In this document: in pieces, positions 39,753 through 52,352 of the stretch
How positions within the stretch are numbered: the stretch's first letter is position 1
How the letters are laid out: each line of letters starts with the position of its first letter
DNA from: Hypanus sabinus
Lineage: Eukaryota
Direction of reading: 5' to 3'
Assembly: GCF_030144855.1 (NCBI RefSeq)
Contig: NC_082731.1
Location: 21,452,001 to 21,516,000, forward strand
DNA: 64,000 nucleotides
The notes under the pieces: generated by a model
Databases searched by the model: none
What the model was told of the DNA's origin: nothing
What the model saw: the letters and a program-made list of their open reading frames with translations, nothing else
Translations under genes and position numbers: made by a program

Positions 39753-42700
39753 GATGTAAAACAACATTCCTTTGGCTTGCAGGCTATTTTCAATGAGGCC
39801 GGCTGGAAACTGGGAACATGTCACATAAGGTGCTGGAGGAGCGGAGTAAAGATGGCGCTAACCGGCAATTCATTTGCTTGCATGTTCGTAAGCTATTCTA
39901 TTTTCATCATTAATATCTTTATTTTCCGTAGCAAGGTTCTTTTTCATACCCCAACATGGAGTAATAGGCTGACTTCGCTCTTATCGGGAATGCAACACGC
40001 TCTCGGGGTTTCACAACCGGCCTTATGTCGGCACGCCAAGGGCTCGGTCTAAGGGTCTGGCTCGGATATGTAAGCCTAGGACCTCGGGGTTCTGAAAACG
40101 GGCCGATCTGGGGTCGGTGTCCTGGCAGGAGAATCGTGTGTCGCAGGGTGTATTCGGTATATCTGCGGTTTTGTGTCCAAAGTCTTATCTTTGAAGATAG
40201 AGGTCGAAAAAAAAACGACGTAGATGACTTTTAACATTGTAAATCAACGAATTATTTGTTATGTCTCCAAGCTCGATGGGAAAACAAATACACCTCCTTC
40301 TCCCTTATTCAGGAGAGACAGATCCTCTGGTATGTCGTGTACCGGTTGAAACGCGATGTCTTTGGGGTAACTGCCAGACTGTGTCTATAGTATTGCCTTG
40401 CTGACGCTTGAGTGTTCGGTGGCGGGTGTCGATTCTTTCTATGTGGCCGGTGGCGGGAGGGGGAATTATTGCTTGCTGCCGCCTATGGGCCAAAGGGAGA
40501 GCAGATGGTGGGACTTGGCTGTTCTAACATTTATCTGTCAGTCGTTCTTAGAGGCGCTCCTCTGTTTTCCTGGATGAAAAAAAATATTATTACCCGGCTA
40601 TTTTTCTGTTACCATTCTAATCTGCTTTGTTGCATTGTAAATAATACATCTCTCGGAATAACGGACGATTTTTCCTTGGACAGGCTGAGCTGACACACAC
40701 ATTATACCAACTGCTTCGCACTTGTTGTTATTATAATAATTGCATGCATGTTTTTAGAATTAGGGGTGGCTACAACAATGACAACGTTTTCCGTCATGTC
40801 TGCTGCAACTTACGTTAATCCATGTTTTCTATTCATGCTAGCTTACCGGTTCAACTCTCTGAGTTTAGACAAATGTTATATTTTAGTACGCTGCGCGGAT
40901 GACTTCATTATCCGTCTCATTCGTCAAGCATAAACTTGAGGAAAAGGCAGAGAAGCAACGAAGGAGCGGCCACAATCCCTTCTCATTTTAAACATCTGAT
41001 CTTATTTGGACTACCACAATAAAAAGTGGAAAGAAATCCCGATGGATTATTACGTACTGTAGATAAATGAAGAATCAGGCGGATTATATATACGTATGTA
41101 TGTACATAAATAATATATAATATATATTTAATGTATTATTTATGGGCGGTACAGCGCCGAGATGTCCCGATCAGCCCTTGGAGCTAGCCGGTCGCAGGAT
41201 ACTCACTATTCCGATGAACAATAATCTAATAGTTCAGTGTTTTTTTTGTGGTTCTTTTCACGCCTTGTGGCTGATAGATTTTTTTTTCCTTTTTATTACG
41301 CCACGTCCGTAAGAGTAGACCTCAATGAGGCAGAGTTGCGCGTCAGACGCAGAAACCAACAAGGACGGAAATACTGCATACAACCCCGGAGGATTCGCCT
41401 CCATGTCGATGCACATGGACCAGATAGCCTAATGTCTTGCATGTAATCTTATATCTCACCATTTCTAAAACTAAATTCTGTCCTTCCCTCCTGCACATTT
41501 AAGTTAAAAAATGCTTAGCATTAATATCATTCTCGTGTTTATTACACTATAGTTTTCTGACACTATTAATCAACATCCACACACCCACCACAGTGTACAG
41601 AAATTGTCTTCAGTTCTATGCAAACGAGATACAATCCAAGACAACCTGTTTGAGAACTAATATGTTCTAGAGAAGTGTGGGCAATTAAGGTTCCTCCAGA
41701 AAATGTACAAAATTGACATAGGTGTAATTGAATTTTGAGACCAGCCTCAGGAATACACACTGTGCAGGAGCATTAGAAACATTTGTGCCATTAACACACG
41801 CACGTTCAGCCTTCTGTGTGTGCACTGACTTCCTGTTTTCAGAGACTTGTAAGCCGGGACTGTGGACTTGGTGACAACGTTAACATAACCTTTGTCAGAC
41901 ACGCAATCAAAAAATGACAGGTCACAAGCTATCCCATTATCAATACAGACATTCGTCATTTATTTCACGGCTTAAACTGTGGAAGCGTGGCTTATTCTAA
42001 ATACCGTGATTGGCTTAGAAACTGCAGATGTTTCTCATATTGGTTATTCGCAGACATTATTTGCTCTATCACTTATTTCACAAGCAAACTTGATGAAATA
42101 ATATTCGATATGTTTGCCTTATCTCTTGCTTGTCCTTTCAGGCGGGTGAAGGGGAGAGGTTCACGAATATTCGGGGGACTTAATAAAGGAAAAAATTCGA
42201 AGCAACAGCTAACAGAGCTTTCTCCACGATGGAATTAGCAAGCTTGGAGTGTGGGGTTGTTGGGGAGTTTTAAGGTCCAGACAAAATCTCTTTGACTGCG
42301 TGGTTATTTGGGAAACGGGATAAGGCTGGTAAAGGACTGAGCCTTTGTATAGTGGGTGATTTACGTTTGTAGGAAATACTTGTACACAACATACGATCAA
42401 GAACGCAGTGGAAACTCCAATTGCTTCCCCAATGCATAATGAGTCACTATGTGTTCGTGTAAAAGAAGCAATTTAACATACTTTTGATATCATTCATTAA
42501 CGGAAGTTAAAACTACAAAATAATGGAGCACTATACAGACTGGTACGAAAGTCCTTCCCTTGAGGCCTCTTATGAGGGAAGTATGCCTCTCTGGCGGCAT
42601 CCCGGCAGAAAATGTTGAAATAATTCTGGAATGCCTGAACACGTGTTCGCCAAGAAAGTTTCCGCCCTCCCCCCCGAATAAAGGTGGTATCATTAAAACC

Positions 42701-45264
42701 ACAAGCTGATTGTAATCCTGTTTATACATCTAATCAATCTTTACAAGGTTGTTAGTATGTAGAAGGGGTCCACATTGGTTTAAAAATTGGACAAGCAGGA
42801 TGGGAGTGGGAAATCCTGCAAAAACAGAAGCATTTCCGGGTTTGATTAACCAGGGCTTCCGGAGGTGCAGAAAACATTGGTACCCACATTTAGCGTTTAT
42901 GGAATAAAGCTATCAGCAAAAGCAACAAGAAGAAATTGTCGAACGGAAATGTTGTTCTTCATGTCCATTGCAGATTTGAACACGTTTGTCCTCTGCTTGT
43001 TCCCTCGCATTCCATTCTCTGTTCTAATCAAATGATTTCGGAAACGATCGTCAGCAGAGGGAACAGAGGGTGTTAAGTCTTCATTATAGTAGGGAAAGGT
43101 TTGTTTGTCTCCTTCACAGTTCCTTGTGAATAGAGTGTAAATTATTCAAAAGCATTGAAAATTGCGATTCCGTTACGCGCATAAGTTTTCTTTTGTATCT
43201 TTATGACGATTTGCATTTAACAAGAAACTGTGAATATTTCAGTACCCGGGCAGTTGCTTGTACCTTATCAGGTGTTCACTGATAAATGCTGTTCCTCTGT
43301 CCCAAATTAAATCCCTCAGTTTTAGCAATTCAATCGCAAGCTTTGTAATTTGCTTATATTTTATCTTTATTCTGTTTCTTGTTTTCGTTCAGCCAGTTTG
43401 TTTGTTTTTTGGTTCCTCTTCTGTTGCGTGGTTATTGTGTCTGAATCTCTAACTCTGTTATTTATTTCCCCATGCATTTGGTGTCAAGGATGACTCATCT
43501 CATATGAAATTGGAGTTAAATTTCCAGCAACTATATCTTTGTATAAGAGCTGCCTACATTTTAGAGAGAATTGAGCGCGGCGGCATCAATTCCCGAACTT
43601 ATGTGATTTCTGGGTTTCTTAAATATTATGTGACTAACCGGAAGCTTGTGCATGTGGTATCTCCCTGCATAACAGATCTGTAGAGTGGTGTATTCTGACT
43701 TGTCGTTGGTGATCCTGTGATACAGTTCTGCGGTTAGAGTTTTGAATATACACAGTCAACTACCAGGGAGAGAACTGAATTTATCTAATAGAGACGTCAT
43801 GTAAGGGATGCCATTGAAACTGATCCACTGGATGAAAAAAATACTTTTGGGGGATATTATCTGGCGCTTCGAATGTTGGTATTCTCTTCTAAGGAGCTTG
43901 GAGGGAATAAAATATTCGAACCAAACTGGACCCAAGCTAAGGTATTATCCTGTAGAGACCTAAGCATCAGTGCTTCTGGTGGAGAAAATGTTTTAAAAGC
44001 TACTATTTTTCCAGGTATAACTTAACTGGAAATTTCTAAATTAAAGTAATTTCCCCAAATGACCGACTGTTGTTGCACGAGGTATAATGCCTACAAATAA
44101 AGAAACAAGATTAATGATAAGTGTGAACAAGAACAGCACCCTAAGTGAGCTGTGTCTATCCCAATTGTTGGTATGAAACCGGACATTTGTTGGACATAGA
44201 ATGACACTTACGGGACTTGCAGTACCTCGGACTACCCGTGGTTTTCACAGGCTGCTGAATTTGACATGCTGTGACATATGTGTGTATCACCTGTGCCCTG
44301 GACGACATCTTGCTCAGTATGAGGGCGATGACAAAGGAGTAAAGGTTTTTACTAATAGCCGTTCTCATCATTGAGCTTCTGGAATGTGCCGGGAACTGAT
44401 CTTGATGAGAGAATAACTACTTACAATAGAAGGTTTTACTCGTTATTCTTTATCAACAATGCTGTACCCACATTTCTAGGGTTCGGGTATCAAAAAAATG
44501 AATTCTAGTGTGCCGGATTAAGTCGTGAGACTAGGTTATTTGCTTTTATTTTCAGAAGTGTGGCTGGTAAGCATTTGGAGGCACAGGGAAGTTCGTAATC
44601 TAAGGTAGTGTACATGGAGTAACTATTCGTTTTACAATATTAGGTATGTGTTCTTTTGTCTTATCTGTCACTTAGGGAAGTCCCGAGAGTCGTTCTAGTA
44701 TGAAGTCCGTGTCATCACATTCGCAGCTTCCGACCTATGGTGTGCCTGCGGGGGCGTCTCTTCATTTTCTACCGGTCTAATGTTTCATTGTGATTGGTTA
44801 ACTCAGAAACTGCAGCTGCTTTTTCCATTGGCTAACTGCTAATTATCAAGTTTCACACAGCCTGGGTATGTATAGAGCATGCGTGGTCGGATCTCTCTCT
44901 TCCCCTTTGTTTAAAGTAAGTGGTGCACATGACGGAAGTGTGCAGAATTTTGTGTGCGTGCTTTTAGCTGCGTATGTGTGCTGATCGTATGTTTGTTAAA
45001 TATTGAGCTTTATAGTTTCTATATTTGTGGAAAATGAATTGTTGATCGAGTTTATACTGTTTGCAAATACGTGATTAATACACCAATTCATAGTTAGTAT
45101 TTCCTTTCCCATTCGTTGGATCAATGAACATAGAAACATAGAAAACTTACAAAACGATGCAGGGCCCTCCGCCCAGGAAGTTGAGCAGAGCATGTCTCTA
45201 CCTCAGAATCTGATACAAAAATACATGGTTCCATCAGCATCAACAGAGGCTGGTCATGAGGCGT

Positions 45265-46580
45265 ATGACCCCTTCTGCCCGCCCCCCCCTGCAGTTTGTG
45301 TACCGTCCCAACCGCACAACAGATGACGCCATTAGCATCACCCTCCAACTGGCCCTAACCCACCTGGATAAAAAAGACACATAAAAATGTTGTTCATAGA
45401 CTTCAGTTCAGCATTGAACACAATTAGCCCTCAGAAACTGATTGGAAATCTGAAACTACTGAGCATGCTCACCTCTCACATCTATAGACTAGAATTCCTG
45501 ACTGGGAGTCCTCAGTCAGTCCGGATCGGGAACAGCATCTACAACACCATCACACTGGACACGTGGGCCCTCCAGGGCTGTGTGCTCAGTGCACTACCGT
45601 TCACTGTGCTGACCCACGACTGTGCTACAGCATACAGATCGAACCACACCATTAAGTTCACCGTGACACGACAGTGGTGGATCTCATCAGCAAGAACGAC
45701 GAGTCAGCTTACAGAGAGGAGGTTCAGCGGCTAACGGACTGGTGCAGATCCAGCAACATGTCTCTGAATATGAACAAAACAAAATATATGTTTGTTGACT
45801 TCAGGAGGGCATGGGTCGACCACTCTCCGTTGAACATCGACGTCTCCTCGGTTGAGATCGTTAACAGCATCGAATTCCTAGGTATTCACTTGGCGGAGAA
45901 TCTTAATTGGTCACTCAACACCAGCTCGTTAGCAATGAAAGCCGAGCAGCGTCTCTACATTCTGCGAAGGGTGAGGAATGTCCAACTCCCTCCCCTCATC
46001 CTCATAGCATACTACATGGACTGTATTGAGTGTACCCTGAACAGCTGCATTACAGTTGCACCATCTCGGAACGCAAGACCCTGCAGCGGATAGTGAGTTC
46101 AGCTGAAAATAACATCGGGGTCTCTCTTCCCGCCATCACGGACATTTAAACTACACGCTGCATCCGGAAAGCAAATAGCATTATGAGGGACCCCACGCAC
46201 CCCTCAAACAATCTCTTCTCCCTCCTGCCGTCTGGGAAAAAGCACCGAAGCATTCGGGGTCTCACAACCAGACTATCTAACAGTGTCTTCCACCAAGCGA
46301 TCAGGCTCCTGAATACCCAGATCCGGGACTAACACCTTACTGCCCTATTGTCCTGTTTGTTATTTATAGTAAACCTGCACTGCTTTGTGCATTTTATGCA
46401 ATACTGAGTAGGTCTGTAGTCTAGTGTAGTTGTTGTGATTTTTTTTTCTATGTTGTTTATTACGTAATCCAGTCTAGTTTTTGTACTGTTTCATGTAACA
46501 CCATGGCCCTGAAAAACGTTGTTTCCTTTTTACTATGTACTGTACCAGCAGTTATGATCGAAATGAAAAATAAAAGAGAC
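45265..46580 (+). mobile_element. Rex1/Babar LINE 3' half
   Basis: '[13 protein letters not shown]...QGCVLS', '[12 protein letters not shown]...LNMNKTK', 'FLGIHLAENLNWS'; 3' UTR with gacttga tail. Confidence 0.92.
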
Positions 46581-46905
46581 GTAACTGGAGTTGACTTGAG
46601 CTTTGTGCATACATTCTGGCTGTAATTTAATATAAACTATATTCCCTTATATTCGCAATCACTGGGAGGAAATAGTCTATCTGAAATATCAGTAATGATT
46701 CTCTTTTGCCGTGCTAAGTTGAACATGTGAAACTGCACGTCTAATCACAGCAATCACTTCAAGGCCTGATCTTGCCTTTTTATGATTCTTAATATTGTGA
46801 ACGGCGTCCATTTGATTCGTAAAATTTCAGTTATCCGTTGCTTCCTCTCTAAACGAATACGATATTTTGCCTTTGAATAACTTTTCCAAATTTCTTACAG
46901 TCGAC

Positions 46906-47397
46906 AGTTTTTGACCGCGAAGCTTTTCCCCCGACACAGTAGATCACGGCGTGATAATTAAATACTTTACTTAGCTCATCACCATTTGGGGTCTGGAATC
47001 ATTAAATTAGGAGAAGTAAGATACCAATATGCCGCCTTAAATACATAATCTGAATATACAAACTAGCAAGTTCGCTCGGAAGTCCCATGCACGATCGTAA
47101 ACGTAAAACAATAAATTTGACTGATATCTGCACCTTTTTAATGATATGTCTGCAGTAGATAAATACTAGACCACTGAAAATTCGTTTTCACATGTGTCTG
47201 AGAAAATGTTATACGATCCGATGATCATTTCCAACAGTTTCGACAATGATATCTGGTCTTCCCGGTGCTAAGTTTTTGGTTTTGTCATTTCTGGAAGCAA
47301 TCTTCATTCACAGTTTGTCCTTAGAACCTTGCTTGCCCTGGAAATGGCTCCAAACTATTAGTTGCAATATTAAGCCAGAAAATTCAAAATTAACCAT
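46906..47397 (-). pseudogene. Putative TCR V pseudogene
   Basis: Leader-like MVNFEFSGLILQLIVWSHFQ G|gcaagc; 139-bp intron; acceptor ttttctcag at 47198; GTGCAGATA 64 nt into the exon (65 nt in V1); GCCGTGATCTACTGT (AVIYC); nonamer TCAAAAACT at 46906-46914. Stops present, heptamer missing. Confidence 0.55.
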
Positions 47398-47399
47398 AT

Positions 47400-49870
47400 A
47401 ACTATATAAACATATAACAATCACAGCACGGAAACAGGCCATCTCTGCCCTCCTAGTCCGTGCCGAACTCTTAATCTCACCTACTCCCATCTACCCGCAC
47501 TCAGCCCATAACCCTCCACTCCATTCCTGTCCATATACCTATCCAATTTTACCTTAAATGACACAACTGAACTGGCCTCTACTACATCTACAGGAGGCTC
47601 ATTCCACACGGCTATCACTCTCTGAGTAAAGAAATAGACCCTCTTGTTTCCATTAAACATTTGCCCCCTAACTCTCAAATCATGTCCTCTCGTTTGAATC
47701 TCCCCTACTCTCAATGGAAACAGCCTATTCACGTTAACTCTATCTATCCCTCTCAAAATTTTAAATACCTCGATCAAATTACCCCTCCACCTTCTACGCT
47801 CCAATGAATAGAAACCTAACTTGTACAACCTTTCTGTGTAACTTAAGTGCTGAAACCCAGGTATCATCCTAGTAAATCGTCTCTGCACTCTCTCTAATTT
47901 ATTGATATATTTCCTATAATTCGGTGACCAGAATATTCCAAATTTGGCCTTACCAATACCTTATGAATTTTTAAATTACATCCCAATTTCTGTACTTAAT
48001 GCTCTGATTTATAAAGGCCAGCGTTCCAAAAGCCTTCTTCACCACCCTATCTACATGAGACTCCACCTTTAGGGAACTATGCACTGTTATTCATGGATCT
48101 CTCTGTTCCACTGCATTCCTCAATGCCCGACCATTTACCCTCTATGTTCTATATGGATTATTCCTGCCAAAATGTAGAACCTCACACTTCTCAGCATTAA
48201 GCTCCATCTGCCAACGTGCAGCCCATTCTTCTAACAGGCATAAATCTCCCTGCAAGCTTTGAAAACCCACCTCATTATCACAACACCTCCTGCCTTAGTA
48301 TCATCGGCATTCTTACTAATCCAATTTACCACCCCATCATTCAGATCATTTATGTATATTACAAACAACATTGGGCCCAGAACAGATCCCTGAGGCACCC
48401 CGCTGGTCACCGGCCTCCATCCCGATAAAGAATTATCCACCACTACTCTCTGGCATCTCGCATCTAGCCACTGTTGTATCCATTTTATTACTTCACCATT
48501 AATACCAAACGACTGAAACTTCTTAACTAAATTACCATGTGGAACTTTGTCAAAGGCCTTGCTGTAGTCCATATACACTACATCCACTGCCTTACCCTCG
48601 TCAACATTCCTCGTAACTTTCTCAAAGAAATCAATAAGGTTTGTCAAACATGACCTTCCACGCACAAATCCATGCTGGTTACTCCTAATTAGATCCTGTC
48701 TTTCCAGATAATTATAAATACTATCTCTAATGATACTTTCCATTACTTCACCCACCACTGATGTCAAACTGACAGGTCTTTAATTGCTAGGCTTACTTCT
48801 AGAACCCTTTTTAAACAATGGAACCACTTGAGCAATACGCCAATCCTCCGGCACAATCCCCGTTTCTAATGACATCTGAAAGACCTCGGTCAGAGCTCCT
48901 GCTATTTCTACACAAATTTCCCTCAAGGTCCTGGGGAATATCCTGTCAGGACCCGGAGATTCTTCCACTTTTAATTTTCTTAAAATCGCCAGTAATTCCA
49001 CCTCTTTAATAGTCATAGGTTCCATAACTTCCTTACTTGTTTACACCTTTCACAATTCAATATCCTTCTCCTTAGTCAATACCGAAGAGAAGAAATCGTT
49101 CAAAATCTCTCCCATCTCCCTCGGCTCCACACATAGCTGAACACCCTGATTCTCTGAGGGACCAATATTATCCCTCACTATCCTCTTGCTTTTAATATAA
49201 CTGTAGAACCCTTTCGGATTTACTTTCACCTTATTTGCCAAACCAACCTCGTATCTTATTTTAGCTTTTCTAATCTCTTTCTTAAGATTCCTTTTACATT
49301 CTTTATATTCCTCGAGCAATTCCTTTACTCCACGCTGCCTATTTCTATTGTAGACATCCCTCTTTCTTCCGAACCAAGTTTCAAATATCCCTTGAAAACC
49401 ATGGTGCTTTCAAACCTTTAACCTTTCCTTTCAACCTAACTGAAACATAAAGATTATGTACCCTCATAATTTCACCCTTAAATGACCTCCATTTCTCTAT
49501 TACATCCTTCCCATAAAACAACTTGACCCAATCCACTCTCTCTAAATCCTTTCGCATCTCCTCAATGTTCGCCTTTCTCCTATCAAAAATCTCAACTCTA
49601 GGTCCAGACTTGTCCTTCTCCACTATTATATTGAAGCTAATGCTATTGTGATCACTGGACCCGAAATGCTCCCCAACACATACATCTGTCAGCTGACATC
49701 GCATTCCCGAACAGGAGATCCAACACTGCCCCATATCTCGTCGGTACTTCTATGTATTGTTGCAAAAATCTATCCTGTCACATTTCATAAACTCTAAACC
49801 ATCCAGCCCTTTTACAGAATGAGCTTCCCAATGTACGTGTGGAAAATTAAAATCTCCCACAATCACCACC
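47400..49870 (-). mobile_element. 5'-truncated CR1 ORF2 (end of endonuclease to tail), frameshifted
   Basis: ORFs 49381-49734, 49050-49319, 48780-49025, 48231-48767 ('[13 protein letters not shown]','[10 protein letters not shown]','NADDTK') and 47481-47888. Confidence 0.95.
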
Positions 49871-50030
49871 TGAAAGTTGTGAAGCTATTATGACTTCATA
49901 AAATGCGCTTTCCTTTACTGCGTCCCTTTGGCTATTGCAGGTATTTCTGTGCCAGTTACTAAGCTATACAGCACCACAACGTATACTGGATATTACGATA
50001 CCTCTTACAGTGACTTTCCCTATCGGGCGC

Positions 50031-50069
50031 AGTTTTTGAATGAGGCAGCAGATAGAAGGTTTCACCGTG
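50031..50069 (-). other. RSS of V2 (23-RSS)
   Basis: Heptamer CACGGTG (50063-50069), 23-bp spacer, nonamer TCAAAAACT (50031-50039). Confidence 0.92.
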
Positions 50070-50376
50070 TGTCTCAAAGCACAGTAATACACGGCGCTGT
50101 CAGACAGTTCCAACCCGGCCATAGCAAATTCACACTTCTTTTTTGTTGTGTTGAGAGATGCGGAAATACGATCACCCAGTTTATCTGCCTTGGAAACAGT
50201 TCCGTAAGATGGGGAGAGGATTAAAAATACGATTTCAGAGTTCTGATATTGACGGTAAAGTTGTAAAGAATACATCTCACTGTCGGTTGAATAGTTGCAA
50301 CTGATGGTCGCCGAATCACCTTCAAACCGTAGCATGTTATCAGGTCCCTGAGAGACAGGGCTTGCAGCTCCGGCAC
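50070..50376 (-). CDS. TRAV/TRDV: TCR alpha/delta variable segment V2, V exon (open; Trp41 replaced by Leu)
   Basis: Acceptor gaattactgcag|GT; ASPVSQGPDNMLRFEGDSATISCNYS...LQLYRQY...GDRISAS...CEFAMAGLELSDSAVYYCALR. Confidence 0.92.
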
Positions 50377-50521
50377 CTGCAGTAATTCAAATAGTTAGAA
50401 ACGCGTTTAAAGCTATACTTCAGTCAGGATGTATGACAATTGAAAAGTAGGTCAAACCACCAGAACGGTAACGAAATTGGTGTAGTCATCGGTGACAATA
50501 ATTTGAAAATTTCACACTCAC

Positions 50522-50573
50522 AGGTTAAAAGAGCAGCCGCCGTAAAAATTGCACAAACTGGAACCCGGTACAT
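50522..50573 (-). CDS. TRAV/TRDV: V2 leader exon
   Basis: ATG at 50573, MYRVPVCAIFTAAALLT then T|gtgagt phase-1 donor; 145-bp intron (50377-50521), in frame. Confidence 0.88.
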
Positions 50574-51569
50574 ATCTTCCGATTAGGAATAAGAGCACAT
50601 AATTTTGAGTCAGGAGATATTTTTTGTAGAGGAGGTTGCATTAAATGCTTAGGTCATTGTCGAACCTGCATGAGTTATCCAATAAGCTTACGGCTTCAAT
50701 TTATCAAATAACCAATGAGGATGATAAACGTGTTAAAGTCATTACACCAAAAAAAAAGGCCAATCGGAACGGATCAAGTCTTATTTCTTCTTCCATCAAA
50801 ACAATTAAACCGACGGGATTGTTATCGATCCGGATTGTTTAATCCAGGTCGGAAACTTAAAGTTAGATGCTTCCCTTATTACATAAGGGTCTAAACAAGT
50901 GCTGCTCCATGACAACTGATGAGTCCCGACTCTCGCAGAAATACGGACCGCCCGGAAGACTTAAGGAGAATTAATATGTTAAAGCTGTATCTCTATTGGA
51001 AGAACTCTTGAAAGTTTACCTTCTTTACTGTTCCCTATCTAATTATATGTCATTCCATAGCAGCAGCTGATAGTAATCCGCGTTTTGGACACGCGATATC
51101 TGTGCAGATGTGCTGGCCTGGGGTCACTCGGTACAGTCATCTACGTTCACATGTTTCATTTGACTCCGAGGCTGGATTTATCAACTTTCTCATTTCCGTA
51201 AGTAACTGTGTATTCATATGATCTGTGGAGAGGATTTTGGAACTGGATGGGAGGCAGCAACATACCTTTCGACTGTCGTCCCGTGTAACACGAACTCGAA
51301 GTATCTGATTTGACGTGGAATCTCCGAAATATATTTCTTCCTATTGAAGACAAATTTAATAAATTTAATGGAGGTAGACTTGGAAGCCGGGTTTGAGGTG
51401 CGGGAGAAGGTCCAGATCTATCTACAGGGAATAACTCGTAGATTGAGTCATGAGGGGAAAAGAAAATTTACGCCGTTTGGATTTTCCGGATGTCAGGAAA
51501 ATATAAACAGCAAAGTGGAGCGTACTTGGCTTCACCTGAGATATTCTGATCGCTGGAAGTGGGAGTCAT

Positions 51570-52352
51570 TGAAACATCTGCAGCTTAATTTGAAAAAGAC
51601 TAAGAAGCTGGTGGTGGACCTGAGGAGGGCTAAGGCACCGGCGACCCTAGTTTCCATCCAAGGGGCCAGTGTGGACATGGTGGAGGAATACGAAACCTGC
51701 GGATACGAATTGACAATAAACTGGACTGGTCAACTAACACTGAGGCTGTCTGCAAGAAGGGTCAGAGCCGCCTCTATTTCCTGAGGAGACTGAGGTTCTT
51801 TAACATCTGCTGGATGATGCTGAGGATGTTCTACGAGACAGGGGTGGTCTGTGCTATTATGATTGCTGTTGTGTGCTGGGACAACAGGCTGAGGGTAGCA
51901 GACACCAAATGAATCAAGAAATTCATTCGTAAGGCCAGTGATGTTGTTTGGGTACAACTGGACTTTCTGACGGTGGTGTCTGAAAAGAGGATGCTGCCCA
52001 TGTTGCATGCCATTTTGGACAATGACTCCCATCCACTCCATAATTTACTGGTTAGGCACAGGAGTACATTCAGCCAGAAACTTATTCTACCGAGATCTAA
52101 CACTGAGCGAAATAGTAAGTCATTCCTGCCTGTGGCCATCAAACGTTACAACTCCTCGCTCGGAGTGTCAGATACCCTGAGCCAATAGGCTGGTCCTGGA
52201 ATTATTTCCACTTGGCATCGTTAACATATTATTATTTAATTATTTATGGTTGTATATTGTTATACTTGTACACTATTCTTGGTTGGTGCGGCTGTAACGA
52301 AACCCAGTTTCCATCGGGATCCAGAAAGTATGTCTGTCTGTCTGTCTGTCTG
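51570..52352 (+). mobile_element. Rex1/Babar LINE 3' end with (TCTG)n tail
   Basis: 'HLQLNLKKTKKLVVDLRR', 'QSRLYFLRRL', 'SFLPVAIKRYN'. Confidence 0.88.

Noticed and set aside
41758-41764. Perfect CACAGTG heptamer (minus strand)
   Set aside because: No nonamer at 12 or 23 bp, no YYC upstream and no FGxG J motif.
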